Below the pieces are notes generated by a model, which had not been told where the DNA came from, made no database searches, and was given only the letters and a program-made list of their open reading frames with translations. A program made the position numbers and the translations under genes. Shown here in pieces: positions 13,438 to 25,387 of a stretch of 64,000 bases of DNA. Source of the stretch: Alphaproteobacteria bacterium (GTDB lineage: Bacteria > Pseudomonadota > Alphaproteobacteria > SHVV01); assembly GCA_965261735.1 (NCBI GenBank), contig OZ253470.1:4320001-4384000 (forward strand). The letters are read 5' to 3'. Positions within the stretch are counted from its first letter, which is position 1; each line of letters begins with the position of its first letter.

Positions 13438-14209
13438 TCCCGAAGCCGATATGGGAGAGGCGCGCGGGCATGAGAAGCCCCGCTTCTATCAGTTGCGGCG
13501 CTGTCGTCAGCCGCGAATCGACATTCACCGTGATCTCCGCTTTCCCATCCAGCGGGGAGACAAGTGTGCGGCCTGCGAGCGCTTGTTCCCCCGATGGACT
13601 CGAAAAAACGAGTTTTACGTTGACCGACGAGGTGTCCTTAAGCTCCTTGACGCTTTCCGGATAGGTGGCCAGCGGCGGCCAGGTTCCGATCTTTCTGCCT
13701 GCGTCATCGTACACGGGTTTCCTGACACCGCTTTCCAAGTCGAGGCCATCATGTTCGCGCAGCCGGTAGCCAGTCAGGGTCCAAATGATCGCACTTGCGA
13801 GCAAGGTTTTCCCTGACCCGTTGCTACCTTCTAGACACCAGTCTTCGCCCCCGAGTTCCAGAGCGAAGACGGGACCGCCATAGGTGTTGAGCCCGCCGAA
13901 ATTTGTCGTTTCAATCCCATGGAGACGCCATGGACCATCGTTTGCATCGGGACCAGTGTCCGAAACGTCGGGAATTGGATCGGAGTCTTCATCTCTCCAA
14001 GTAGTTGTCAGGCCGTCAAAAAGGGTATCGGAAGCCTCGGCAACATCTTGAGGATCCGCGCCTAATAGGTAGCTAAAGAGCCGCCGTTGGCCGGGTTCCG
14101 CAAGCGTGATGGAACCGGAGCGGGCCGCACTAGAAGCCAACCATGAAAGCTCGCCCCCCGAGAGGAAGCGTTCAGTTGCCTGACCGAATGAAATCGACTT
14201 GCCATTCAT
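13433..14209 (-). pseudogene. SMC/SbcC-like AAA ATPase, N-terminal part only
   Basis: WRLHGIETTNFGG and Walker A GSNGSGKT; truncated. Confidence 0.7.
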
Positions 14210-14257
14210 TGCGTTGTTGTTACCGTTTCACACCATTCTTGGGACGCCCATTTGTTA

Positions 14258-15206
14258 GGGGCTTACAAAGGAAGCTTGACAGAGCGTAATTACAACAACC
14301 ACACGAGGTGAAAATATGACTAGTCCTGTTCTTCCAGTAGCTTCCGAATCTTCTCAAGAACCTGCTCATTCGTCACCTGGTCAAGCGTGCGCAGAATCTC
14401 GCGCTAAATTCAGAAGATCATCCCGATCAGCGAGAAACGCAAAGCCCGGACCTGGATCGTAATCAGCCTTCGAATGAAGGATCAGGGCCAAAACTTGCTT
14501 TTGGTCCTCTTCGGGCCAGATCACCGCGCTCTCTCTCAGAGAGTGAACGTTGTCGTATTTCTCTCGCAATTTCGCGCGTATCTGAGATTTGGACACATCG
14601 CGAGTACCCATGACGGAGTCCTCCTTCTCGTGGGCGCGCGTCTGGCGTTGTCAACGGCATGCAGCGCATCACCATATCCCCAACCAAACCCCTAACCCAT
14701 GAACGATTGCTATCGGGAAAAATATCGCTCCTGCAATAAGGACCCCCCAACGCTCATCAGAAAAGCAGGTGTACAGGTGCTGGAACCACGCTCCAAACGC
14801 TAGTAATCCAAGAAGGAGGCTAAAGAAATTTGCCATGTCTATTATCGAGCTAGAGCATTCTCAGCGAGATATAGGTATCGCTGTAGAAGTAACAGTGTCT
14901 CTATCGCCTCATCGTCCACTGGCTGTCTCTGTGAACTGTGACGAAGCTCCGAAATCATGTTCTCAACCAAGACTGGGAAACTTCGAGAGGGCTGACAGAG
15001 CCTATCGAATGTGGGTGCTAGCAAGGCAACAAGGGCTGCCGCTCCTGACAGCGGAAGAGATGTTTGGTGATCCATGAGAACTCTCCTTCTCGTGGGTTGG
15101 CCTCGCCCGCTGGCACGGGCGGCGGGGCACTCATGCTAGCTGTGGCGGGGTGCCTGGACCAGCGCGTAATGCTGCAGGTTTCTGTCAAGCTTCCTTTGTA
15201 AGCCCC
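14258..15206. mobile_element. Non-autonomous cassette bounded by perfect 26-bp terminal inverted repeats
   Basis: GGGGCTTACAAAGGAAGCTTGACAGA (14258-14283) and its exact reverse complement (15181-15206); no recognisable transposase inside. Confidence 0.8.
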
Positions 15207-15430
15207 CATTTTTTCATTCCGCCCTGCCGCCTCCGAATACGCGGCGCCACCAGGACGGCCGCGGTTCGGCCCGGACCTCCAGCAGCGTCATGAGCCGGTC
15301 GCGGTGCTGCCTGGCGTCGTCGAGATCCGCCCTGAGACGCGCATTTCTCCGAAAAGCACATGAGCCAATATGTGGACGGGTTCACCAGTCGACACAACCG
15401 CGCCGGTTGAGACACCATGGCCCATATCGA

Positions 15431-15907
15431 CTAGTCACCTGAATCTAAAGTTCGTGGCATAAGTTTTGATCGACCCGGAGACAGAAGCGTTTGACGGCGG
15501 CGAGGATGTCGTCGGCGGATTTGTTCCACTTGAAGGGCTTCGGGTCTTCGTTGTGTTGTTCGATGAAGGCGCGGATGTCGGCTTCGAGCTGGCGGGTCGA
15601 GGTGCACACACCGCGCTGCAGCTGTTTGCGCGTCAGTTTGGCGAACCAGCGTTCGACCTGATTGATCCAGGAAGCGGAGGTCGGCGTGAAGTGGACGTGC
15701 CAGTGCTGACGCCGCGCCAGCCAGGCCTTGACCGGCGCGGTCTTGTGAGTGGCGTAGTTGTCCATGACGATGTGGATGTCCAGCCCCTCCGGGACACGCC
15801 GGTCGATCTCCTTCAGGAAGTCGAGGAACTCCCTGGCCAGGTGGCGCCTGTAGCACTTACCGATGACGCGGCCCGTGGCGACATCGAGGGCTGCGAACAG
15901 CGAGGTC
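15431..15907 (-). mobile_element. IS630-family transposase, C-terminal half
   Basis: MDNYATHK, HFTPTSASWINQVERWF, PKPFKW; ends at CTAG. Confidence 0.85.
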
Positions 15908-16330
15908 TGTTAACGGCGGAGGAATAATGCTCCACGCGAGGCGGCCGGGCGGTCTGGTCGCGGCGGCGCAAAATTGTGCCACTCATGGTCCCTTGTCGGT
16001 TGCGACGAGGGGCAGGAGATGTACGGCGTGGAGCTCTATGCGGCGGTTCGACTGGCGGTTGTCGACGAGGGTCTGAGTCATCACGAGGCGGGCCGGCGGT
16101 TCGGCATCGACCGTCGCACGGTGAAGAAGATGCTGACCTACTCGGCGCCACCGGGCTACCGCCGGACGAAGCCGGTCCGGCGGCCCAAGCTGGACGGGTT
16201 CACCGGCATCGTCGACGCGATCCTGGAGGCGGACACGGATCCGGACGTGCCGCGCAAGCAGCGCCACACGGCGCACCGGATATTCGAGCGGCTACGGGAC
16301 GAGCACGGGTTCACCGGCGGCTATACCATC
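15908..16330 (+). mobile_element. IS21-family left end plus istA N-terminus
   Basis: TGT start with internal repeats (CGGCGGCGCAAAATTGTGCCAC); HTH and KQRHTAHRIFERLRDEHGFTGGY. Confidence 0.85.
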
Positions 16331-17363
16331 ATGGATGTTCTCGACCGCGCCGATCTCCCATTCCCGCATTCGCTACCCGAGTTCCAGCGACTTTTCCCCG
16401 ATGATGCGGCCTGCGCCGCCTACCTGGAGAAAGCCCGCTGGGGAGACGGCTTTGCCTGCCCGCACTGCGGCACGGCGGGAGAGCCGTTCCACTTTGAAAA
16501 CCGCCCTGGCGTCCTGCGCTGCCGCAAGTGCCGCCAGAACACCGGGCTGACGGTGGGAACAGTGATGGAGCGTAGCCACACTCCGCTGAACGTCTGGTTC
16601 TGGGCCGCTTATCTGGTCGCCAGTCAGACGCCCGGCATGTCCGCCGTGCAGTTTCAGCGGCAACTTGGTCTTTCGCGCTACGAGACGGCCTTTCAAATTC
16701 TCCACAAGCTCCGCTCGGGCATGGTGCGGCCCAACCAAGACAGGATCGGTGGACAGCCCAAGAACCATGTTGAGGTGGACGAAACCTGGGTTGGCGGGCG
16801 AACGCGTGGGGAAGGCCGTGGTGTTCACCACAAGGTTCCCGTCTCCTGTGCCATCGAGGTGCGTCATCGAAAGCCGGGCACCAAGCTCGACAACCGGAAA
16901 GACGGACGCTATGCCGGATGCGTTCGGCTCGCCGTCGTGCTCGACCGTAGCGCCGAGTCGCTCTGTGGGTTCGTCGAGAGCACCGTCGCGCCGCGATCGC
17001 TGATCGTTACTGACGATTGGAGCGGCTATGCTGGCCTCGGTAAGCGCGGCTATGAGCACTTCGCTGTTGCCGAGTGTGGTGATCCAGAGGTTGCCGAGCA
17101 ATACCTGCCGATCATCCATCTGGTTTTCGCCAACCTGAAGACGTGGCTGATCGGTATCCACCACGGCGTTAGCCACCAGCACCTACAAGCCTACCTCAAC
17201 GAGTTCACCTTCCGCTTCAACAGGCGGTTCTACCCGTTCAACGCCTTCCGCTCATTGCTCGGCATCGCGGGCGACACCTCTGCTCCAACCTATGCCGAGC
17301 TTTACTCGGGAGAGTGGTGGCACCCTACATGTAGCGGTCATGGGCGTTAACCGGATAGGCAAG
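16331..17363 (+). mobile_element. IS1595-family element lacking its left end
   Basis: Transposase nearly identical to 48984-50003; right IR AACCGGATAGGCAAG. Confidence 0.9.
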
Positions 17364-17890
17364 CATCGATCGTATCGGACGCATCAGGACGATGTGCCGG
17401 ATGTTGAGCGCGTCCACCCCGGTGGAGAGCTTCTGCGATGTGGTGAGGACAGTGGGAACCGTCTTCTCGTTGTCCTGAAAGTTGCGGAGGTGCTGGTCGC
17501 CAACCGCGCCGTCATTCGCCGTCACCCGATGGCAGTAGTTCGGATCGCTGCTGTCCTTGACCTGGTTGATCAGTTCCCGCACCAGCGCGGCGTGGTCCTG
17601 GGTGGCGCAGAAGACGAGCGTCTTCTGGCGTTGGTCGGTCTGGTCCATGAACTCCCGCACACGGCTCTGCTCGCGCTCCCGGATGATGATCTTGGTGTTG
17701 AAGTCCTCCTCGGTGAAGCGCTGGCCCACCTCGGCCTCGCCCTGGAGGACATCGTCCTCCGGGACGTAGACATACTCGTCGATGGTGCTGGCCATCTGGC
17801 GGACCTTGAAGGGTGTCAGGTAGCCGTCCTCGATCCCGTCCCGCAGCGCGTAGATGTAGACCGGCTCACCGAAGTAGGCGTAGGTGTCGG
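17364..17890 (-). pseudogene. Type I restriction enzyme R subunit (EcoAI-like), internal fragment
   Basis: YFGEPVY...GIEDGYL, KTLVFCATQDHA, LSTGVDA...IVLMRPIRSM. Confidence 0.8.
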
Positions 17891-17904
17891 CATTGTGTCG
17901 GCGT

Positions 17905-18079
17905 CAGCCGTATACTGCTTGCGTGTCTTGCGCCGAATATCCCGAACCGTTCTCTCCGCCGGGTCGTTCTTGCTCATTGATTTCTGTCTCATCTTCGTTC
18001 CCTTCGGTCACTACGATGAGCCAGAAATCCTCCGTTATGCAATTACCTCAATTTGTCCCAAAGGCGCTGATGTCAGACA
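17905..18079 (-). mobile_element. IS3-family left end and orfA start
   Basis: TGTCTGACATC... end; MRQKSMSKNDPAERTVRDIRRKTRKQY. Confidence 0.65.
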
Positions 18080-18097
18080 CTCATAGGCGCTGACGGG

Positions 18098-19491
18098 GGT
18101 TGTGTCTCGAAAGTGGTGGAAATTGGTTTTGGCGCCTCTCCGAGCGGGTTGAGTTTTGCGGCGGTCAGGCTGCGCGGTCAAGGGTTTCGTCGGCGATTAG
18201 CTGATCGAGGGTTTCCCATCCATCGACTTTGCGCATCTGGATTTGGCCGGAAGCGAGGAGTGCCCAGAGGAGCATCGGCACTGTTTCGGGACACGGCAGC
18301 ACGGTCTGTGTTTTGATCCGGCGCTTGAACTCCTCGTTGAGACGCTCAATGGCGTTGGTCGTTCGGGCTGATTTCCATTGGCTCTTGGACAGGCGCGTGA
18401 AGGTAAAGAGCTTGTCGCCCGCTTCTGCGAGGCTGTCCGCGACGGCCCTGCATTTCAGCCGCCACTTGCGGACAAACGCCTTGCGGCGGGTTTCCACCTC
18501 GGAGGCAGTGTCGGCATAGATCATATCGCGGTAATCTTCGCTCAGCTCGTCATGCATGTGTTTGGGAGCATGACCCAGAAGGTTGCGGTGCTTGTGCACG
18601 GTGCAGCGTTGAACGGGAAGGTCATCGCCCCAAAGCGCCGACAGAGCCGCCTCCAGTCCCGGCGCGCCATCGACGATGACAAACCCGGGCCGTTTCAGTC
18701 CACGCGCATCAAGGTCGTCGAGGAACTGGCGCCACGCCGCCTGGCTTTCTCCGCCCATATTCCCGATCGAAAGCAAGACCTTCTGGCCATCCCGGCGCAC
18801 CCCTATAGCCGCGAGAACCGAGATGTTGGTGGCCTTGCGGTCCAGTCGGGTCTTGATCACAGTGCCGTCAAGGATCAGCCGAACGATATCCTCATCCGCG
18901 AGGCCACGGCTGCACCAGGCGTCCCAATCGACCTTCACCTTGCGCCACGCCCGGCTCACAACGTCCTTGCTCACAGCACCCCGGAAGAGCCCGAACAGCG
19001 CGCGTTTCACCCGCCGCGTGTTGGTTCCGGACAGATACACCGAAGCGATCAGCGCCTCGGCCTTTCTGGTCAGCCGCTGGTAGCGCGGCAGCGCCCGCGA
19101 ACGCCATTCCGACGCCCGACCGTCTTCCTCAACGATCCGCGCACGCGGCACGCTCACCCTCTCGGTCCCGAATGTCCCCGTCAGTTGCCGCTCCCGGTGC
19201 CCGTTCCGATACCCTTGCCGAAGCGCGTCCTCTCGACCGTATCGGCAGCGCCCGAGAAACTGCGCAAGTTCCTCCTCAAAAACGGCCTCGATCGTGGATC
19301 TGATGTTCTCCCGCAGCCGGTCCTCGAGCGGATCATAGCCGGCGTCATTGGCCAGTAGCGAAAGCGCGGAAGTCTCGGTAGTGTTCTTCATGGCGTGATC
19401 TCCTTGGCGGTGCTAGCCGCCGATTGGGTGGTTGTCTTGTCACCCGGAGATTACGCCATCCTCAAATTTCCACCACTTTCGAGACACAGCC
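18098..19491 (-). mobile_element. IS256-family element, copy 1 (transposase 18165-19391)
   Basis: Long imperfect IRs, 8-bp TSD CTGACGGG, 408-aa transposase (LILDG, QRCTVH, TTNAIERLN). Confidence 0.95.
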
Positions 19492-19605
19492 CTGACGGGG
19501 GACACGACATTTTCAAACAAGACCGAGCCACCGCCTTGGCCGAGTGGCGTCAACCCGCAGCCTGAGAGCCCGGGATCGTAGGTTCTATAGCCCCGACCCA
19601 GTTAG

Positions 19606-19887
19606 TCTGATGGTATGGACGCCCCCTACGGCTTCACGATGAGCCATACTGGAGTGTGTTGAACAACCCCGAACGACGGCAACTCTGCCGGTCCGCCCAG
19701 GGAGAGGACCGCCGTCCATGCGACCGTCTACAACCTCTTCAACGTCCAACGCCATCTGGTCTCCCGCCGAACACTCCGCCAATTCCGCGGCGACGCGATG
19801 AGACAGTGGCGGCAAGTGACGACCGTTGCATAATCTCCGGCGTCGGCGCCCACAAGCTGGTTACACGGTGGTTAACGTGACAACGCC
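19606..19887 (+). mobile_element. IS110 left-end remnant followed by an IS6 3' remnant
   Basis: ATGGTATGGACGCCCC end motif; then YNLFNVQRHL...* and a GTGACAACGCC IR. Confidence 0.6.
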
Positions 19888-20299
19888 GCTGCAAGCCCTC
19901 GTGGACCGATACTGGCCCAAGCCGCGGATCCGACACCCGTGGCCGGAACAGCGGTTCGACGTCAAATACCCGAGGTAGGAGCCGGATGGTTTAACGACCA
20001 CGTCCGGTTCTGTGCGGGGGGCGCCGGGAAACCGGCGTCCCTACCGCGACCGCACAAACGCCCATTTGGTGGCGCGCGATTCATGCGATTTCTGTTAGGA
20101 TTAGTCCATTCGGTCCGTGGCATCAGTGACTTACTGAGTAGCACCTCGGTGCTGTCGACGCGAACTCCCCTTACGCAACCTGCTATTGTGCGCCAGTGGT
20201 GCCAAAGGGCCAACTGTGACCGTATAAAACCGACGCTCAAGATGTGTGACAAAGATACTCTTTCCTTGAAGGCTGCAATGGGCAGATTTCTTGGACAAG

Positions 20300-22405
20300 T
20301 CAGTCACCACCTGCCCGATAATCTGGTTCCTCCAGAGATTCAACAGACTGCCTTGAAAGGTTCTCCAAACGCACGCCGTTCCTCTCCATCCAACGCCTCG
20401 CAGCTGCGCGGTTTTCCGAATGCGGTGAGTGTTTTGTCAAGACCTCGAACATGCACCGCGAATCGGCGGCTTCCGAATTCAAGAAAAATTTCGGAAACTT
20501 CTTGGCGCCCAAATCCAGCAGCCGCATGATCATTTGGGCATTGTTTTCTTTCCTGGTTGCCCAGCATACCGGTTCTCCGCAATGTACACTCTTCTTGAGC
20601 TTGAAACACGTCTCATGATTCTTGCGGAACTTGGACAGCAAGACAGCCGCGGCCACATTCTTTTCAGTAGCTGCATAATGTAGAGGGGTAGCAAAATATT
20701 GTGCGCTCGCCCTTAAATTCGCACCACGCTCTAGAAGTATTTTTGCAACAGCGATATTTCCGGTTCCCACCGCGCTGTGCAAAGGAGTGAGGCCAATATT
20801 GCTGCTCCCGTCTATGTGCGCGCCGTGGTCTATCAATAATTTCGCAATATCCACATTTTTGTTCTGCGCCGCAGAATGCAAAGGCGTGAACAGATTCTTG
20901 TCTCGGGTGTTCACGTTTGCTCCACGTTCAATCAATCGCTTTGCCAGCTCGGGGCTCTTGTTGCCCGCTGCCCAATGTATCGGAGCGTGCCCGTATTTGG
21001 TTTGAGCGTTGAGGCCACCAGCACGGTTAATGAGCAACATCGCGACGTCGACACTCTCATTCATGGAAGCGGCCAAGGCCCACGCGGTGGTTCCATTCCC
21101 CTTGGGAGGTTCATCTCCGTACTTGGCCTCGACTTCGGCATCAGCCCGACCCCCCCGATCCAGCAAGAGCGAGATCACGTCAGGTCTCGTGCTGTGTTTC
21201 GCCGCCGTGTGCAGCGGCGTATAGAATTCGGGGTACTGCGGATGATCTTCATTTATGACCCTTGTTCTTGCAGAGATGTCGGCGCCGTCGTTGAGCAGCG
21301 CCGCAATTACGGCGGAGCTCTCGTTTGCCTGCAACGCCTCGTGCAGGGCATTGGGCCGACCACCGTATTTCTCTTGGACGATTCTTGCGGCGATCAATCT
21401 TTCCGCCGTCATTCCCCTTGGCCCTTCGATGGACGGATCGGCCCCCGCCGCAGTCAACGCTTCGATGATCTTCGAATGGCCATGCACAGCTGCCATGAAG
21501 AGCGCCGTCGCACCGTCGGACGCGCGGATGTTGGGGTCCGCCCCGGCCTTCAGGAGCGGTGGGACCAGCAGTGTGTGCCCCTTGTCTGCGGCGTGCATCA
21601 GGGCCGTCCGGCCCTTACCGTCCCGGACGTTCGCGTCCCCGCCTGTTGCCAAAGCCGTCTTCAGGCCGTCGATGTCGCCGGCCGCCACTAGCCGGTGCAG
21701 GTTAACGGGCGAACGGGCAGGGTTCCGTCGCGTCGGCGGTTCCTGACGTGGAGACGCCGCCGATACCGCCACATTTCTTCCCTTGGCTGCGGCGCGCATC
21801 GCGCGCAGGCCATCCGGGGTCAACATCTGCGTCCGAGGCAGGCCCGCGTCGCGCAGGAACGTCGCATACGCCCTCCCGGGGCGGGGCCCCCAGCGCCCGT
21901 CCGCCGGCCCGGGCTCGTAACCGAGCGCCGTCATCAGCGCCTGCGCCTCCCGGATCGCGCGCGGGGGTGGCGGGCTTGCCGGCGCAGTCGGTGCGGCGGC
22001 GCGCTGAACCACCTCGGCTTTAGGCGCGTTGGCCCCGCGTCCCGACAGCCATGCCCGGGCGAGCTCCTGCGCCGATGCAATGTGCTGCGGAATCATGTTC
22101 GCGGCCAGTCCATCACGCTCTCTCGCCGCCTCGGCGCTCCCGCGCCCGGCCGCCAGGTTGAGCCACATATGCGCGAGAATGTAGTCCTGCGGAACGCCCA
22201 GGCCCCTCGCGAACGCCTGGCCGAGCGCCAGCATCGCCTTGCCGTCGCCGGTCCGAGCCGCCGCCTGCCATTGCGTCAGGGCCTCGGCGTGCAGTCCCGC
22301 CGTCCACGCTGTCTGTCCCGCCTCGTAATCCGCACGCGCGGGGGACGCGCACGACAAAATTGCCGCGAGGCACAGGGCAATTCTCAGTGTCGGATTGCGA
22401 TACAT
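20300..22405 (-). CDS. Secreted Sel1-repeat, peptidoglycan-binding and ankyrin-repeat protein
   Basis: Signal peptide; GLGVPQDYILAHMW (Sel1); LGYEPGPADGRWG (PG-binding); multiple TPLH/TALM ankyrin repeats. Confidence 0.9.
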   Translation of the reverse strand: MYRNPTLRIALCLAAILSCASPARADYEAGQTAWTAGLHAEALTQWQAAARTGDGKAMLALGQAFARGLGVPQDYILAHMWLNLAAGRGSAEAARERDGLAANMIPQHIASAQELARAWLSGRGANAPKAEVVQRAAAPTAPASPPPPRAIREAQALMTALGYEPGPADGRWGPRPGRAYATFLRDAGLPRTQMLTPDGLRAMRAAAKGRNVAVSAASPRQEPPTRRNPARSPVNLHRLVAAGDIDGLKTALATGGDANVRDGKGRTALMHAADKGHTLLVPPLLKAGADPNIRASDGATALFMAAVHGHSKIIEALTAAGADPSIEGPRGMTAERLIAARIVQEKYGGRPNALHEALQANESSAVIAALLNDGADISARTRVINEDHPQYPEFYTPLHTAAKHSTRPDVISLLLDRGGRADAEVEAKYGDEPPKGNGTTAWALAASMNESVDVAMLLINRAGGLNAQTKYGHAPIHWAAGNKSPELAKRLIERGANVNTRDKNLFTPLHSAAQNKNVDIAKLLIDHGAHIDGSSNIGLTPLHSAVGTGNIAVAKILLERGANLRASAQYFATPLHYAATEKNVAAAVLLSKFRKNHETCFKLKKSVHCGEPVCWATRKENNAQMIMRLLDLGAKKFPKFFLNSEAADSRCMFEVLTKHSPHSENRAAARRWMERNGVRLENLSRQSVESLEEPDYRAGGD

Positions 22406-22452
22406 GCCTTGAACACCCTTCTGGAAATCACTCGGACAGGGACTAATCCCAT

Positions 22453-23846
22453 GGTTGTGTCTCGAAAGTGGTGGAAATTGGTTTTGGCGCCTCTCCGAGC
22501 GGGTTGAGTTTTGCGGCGGTCAGGCTGCGCGGTCAAGGGTTTCGTCGGCGATTAGCTGATCGAGGGTTTCCCATCCATCGACTTTGCGCATCTGGATTTG
22601 GCCGGAAGCGAGGAGTGCCCAGAGGAGCATCGGCACTGTTTCGGGACACGGCAGCACGGTCTGTGTTTTGATCCGGCGCTTGAACTCCTCGTTGAGACGC
22701 TCAATGGCGTTGGTCGTTCGGGCTGATTTCCATTGGCTCTTGGACAGGCGCGTGAAGGTAAAGAGCTTGTCGCCCGCTTCTGCGAGGCTGTCCGCGACGG
22801 CCCTGCATTTCAGCCGCCACTTGCGGACAAACGCCTTGCGGCGGGTTTCCACCTCGGAGGCAGTGTCGGCATAGATCATATCGCGGTAATCTTCGCTCAG
22901 CTCGTCATGCATGTGTTTGGGAGCATGACCCAGAAGGTTGCGGTGCTTGTGCACGGTGCAGCGTTGAACGGGAAGGTCATCGCCCCAAAGCGCCGACAGA
23001 GCCGCCTCCAGTCCCGGCGCGCCATCGACGATGACAAACCCGGGCCGTTTCAGTCCACGCGCATCAAGGTCGTCGAGGAACTGGCGCCACGCCGCCTGGC
23101 TTTCTCCGCCCATATTCCCGATCGAAAGCAAGACCTTCTGGCCATCCCGGCGCACCCCTATAGCCGCGAGAACCGAGATGTTGGTGGCCTTGCGGTCCAG
23201 TCGGGTCTTGATCACAGTGCCGTCAAGGATCAGCCGAACGATATCCTCATCCGCGAGGCCACGGCTGCACCAGGCGTCCCAATCGACCTTCACCTTGCGC
23301 CACGCCCGGCTCACAACGTCCTTGCTCACAGCACCCCGGAAGAGCCCGAACAGCGCGCGTTTCACCCGCCGCGTGTTGGTTCCGGACAGATACACCGAAG
23401 CGATCAGCGCCTCGGCCTTTCTGGTCAGCCGCTGGTAGCGCGGCAGCGCCCGCGAACGCCATTCCGACGCCCGACCGTCTTCCTCAACGATCCGCGCACG
23501 CGGCACGCTCACCCTCTCGGTCCCGAATGTCCCCGTCAGTTGCCGCTCCCGGTGCCCGTTCCGATACCCTTGCCGAAGCGCGTCCTCTCGACCGTATCGG
23601 CAGCGCCCGAGAAACTGCGCAAGTTCCTCCTCAAAAACGGCCTCGATCGTGGATCTGATGTTCTCCCGCAGCCGGTCCTCGAGCGGATCATAGCCGGCGT
23701 CATTGGCCAGTAGCGAAAGCGCGGAAGTCTCGGTAGTGTTCTTCATGGCGTGATCTCCTTGGCGGTGCTAGCCGCCGATTGGGTGGTTGTCTTGTCACCC
23801 GGAGATTACGCCATCCTCAAATTTCCACCACTTTCGAGACACAGCC
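22453..23846 (-). mobile_element. IS256-family element, copy 2 (transposase 22520-23746)
   Basis: Protein identical to copy 1; own 8-bp TSD AATCCCAT. Confidence 0.95.
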
Positions 23847-23936
23847 AATCCCATCCGGACTTCAATGCTCAGATCGTTCATCAGCCTCGTGTGGCAGACT
23901 CGCCGAATGTGAATTCAGGTGACGGCGCGCAGTCAA

Positions 23937-25343
23937 TTACTTGTAACAGATGCGCTTCCAAAGACTGCCGTCAGCATTGTAAAAGTTCTGGCATCTCTGT
24001 TCCCGCGCCGCTGGCGCGGCATAACACGCGGTCGAAACCACGCGTCCGTCATGGGTGTATTTTACGCATTTCTTTTGCTGGGTCTTGCCATAGGTCTGCC
24101 GCTCGAGCTTCCGCTGTTGCTCGTAGACTTGCTGTCTGCGCGCCTGCTCCAGCCGTTGCTGGTGCTGGCGCTGAAGGTCCCGGGCCTTCTGCCGTTGGTA
24201 GGCTCGCTGCTGTTGTTGCCGGGTCTGCTGCAACATCTGCAAATTCCGGTTCAGTTGCTGCCGGCTGTTGTTGTAGCTGCGCCTGCTGTACTCGCGTTGC
24301 TGCCGGCGAGCGCGTTCCAGAGCCTGCTGCGTGTCCCTCTCCCGAGCGGCGGCGGCCCGGCGCGCCGCCGCGTCGCGTGCCGCCTGGTTTCTACGCGCTT
24401 CCGCCGCGCGCGCCGCCTGGCGTTGCCGCGCGGCTTGGGCTGCGGCCTCCCTCCGGGCCTGTTCAGCGCGCCGGTCGGCCTCCAGCCTTTCCAGCGCCCC
24501 CTTGTAGCCGGCCGATCGCGTGCCGCCTCCCTGCAGGGAGTTCAGGGCCTTCTCGTAGTTGGAAGGGCTTGTCTCGACGTCCTTGACCGGCGCGGGCGCC
24601 GTCTTCACCGCAACGGGCCGCGGGAACCGGACGTCCGGGCTCTCAGCGGCCCAGGGATCCTTGCCGGCGGCGGGGGTCTCGGCATCCCATGCGCTCTTGC
24701 CGGATCCGGCGGGGGTAGAGTCCTCCGCGGTGTCCTGCGCCCAGGGGCCCCGCCCGTCCTCCGTCAGTTTTCGTACCGCGATCGCCCCGGCGATGAGGCT
24801 CGCGAATTCGTTCTTGCGTTCCCGCCACTGCCGTCGGTCCTCCCCGCGGCTTCTGAGATCGGCGATCTCCCGGCTGAGCTCGGCTTGCTGCTTCTCCCAC
24901 TTGCTGTCGAAATGCCGGTCGATCAGCGGGATGGCGATGTACGGGGCGATCACCTTGTCCCCGGCCTGGTATGCGACTTCCCAGGTTGTTCCGGCGGGAC
25001 CCGAAAAGCGCAACCCCTTCGCGACAATCGGCCCGTACCGCATGGCAATTTTCTTCGCCAATGGGCCGAACTTCTTCGTCTTCTCCAGCCAGCCCCAGGC
25101 CTTCTTGCCGGCCTTGATGGTGTACTCCTCGATCTTGTCGGCCGCCTTGTCCACCAACTTTCCGGAAGCCCGGTCGACTTCCTCTTCAAATCCCTGCCAT
25201 GCGCCCGCTTTCTTGTTTCCGTCCCCATCCTCCGCCGCACTGGCGGCTGGCGCGGCGACGGATTGCAGCCCGAACCCGTGCGCCGGGCCGGACGTGAACG
25301 AAACCGCCGCCAGGACCAGGACAGCCGCGCAAACAGCGGACAA
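23937..25343 (-). CDS. Secreted hypothetical protein with long Q/R/A-rich coiled coil and Cys-containing C-terminus
   Basis: Signal-peptide-like N-terminus; 468-aa ORF; start codon uncertain. Confidence 0.7.
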   Translation of the reverse strand: MSAVCAAVLVLAAVSFTSGPAHGFGLQSVAAPAASAAEDGDGNKKAGAWQGFEEEVDRASGKLVDKAADKIEEYTIKAGKKAWGWLEKTKKFGPLAKKIAMRYGPIVAKGLRFSGPAGTTWEVAYQAGDKVIAPYIAIPLIDRHFDSKWEKQQAELSREIADLRSRGEDRRQWRERKNEFASLIAGAIAVRKLTEDGRGPWAQDTAEDSTPAGSGKSAWDAETPAAGKDPWAAESPDVRFPRPVAVKTAPAPVKDVETSPSNYEKALNSLQGGGTRSAGYKGALERLEADRRAEQARREAAAQAARQRQAARAAEARRNQAARDAAARRAAAARERDTQQALERARRQQREYSRRSYNNSRQQLNRNLQMLQQTRQQQQRAYQRQKARDLQRQHQQRLEQARRQQVYEQQRKLERQTYGKTQQKKCVKYTHDGRVVSTACYAAPAAREQRCQNFYNADGSLWKRICYK

Positions 25344-25387
25344 GTTCCAAGGGATGCCAGGGTCTCGTGCGAAAATGACGCTATCCC

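Noticed and set aside
18098-23846. IS256 composite transposon carrying the ankyrin gene
   Set aside because: Each copy has its own distinct 8-bp TSD, so they inserted independently.
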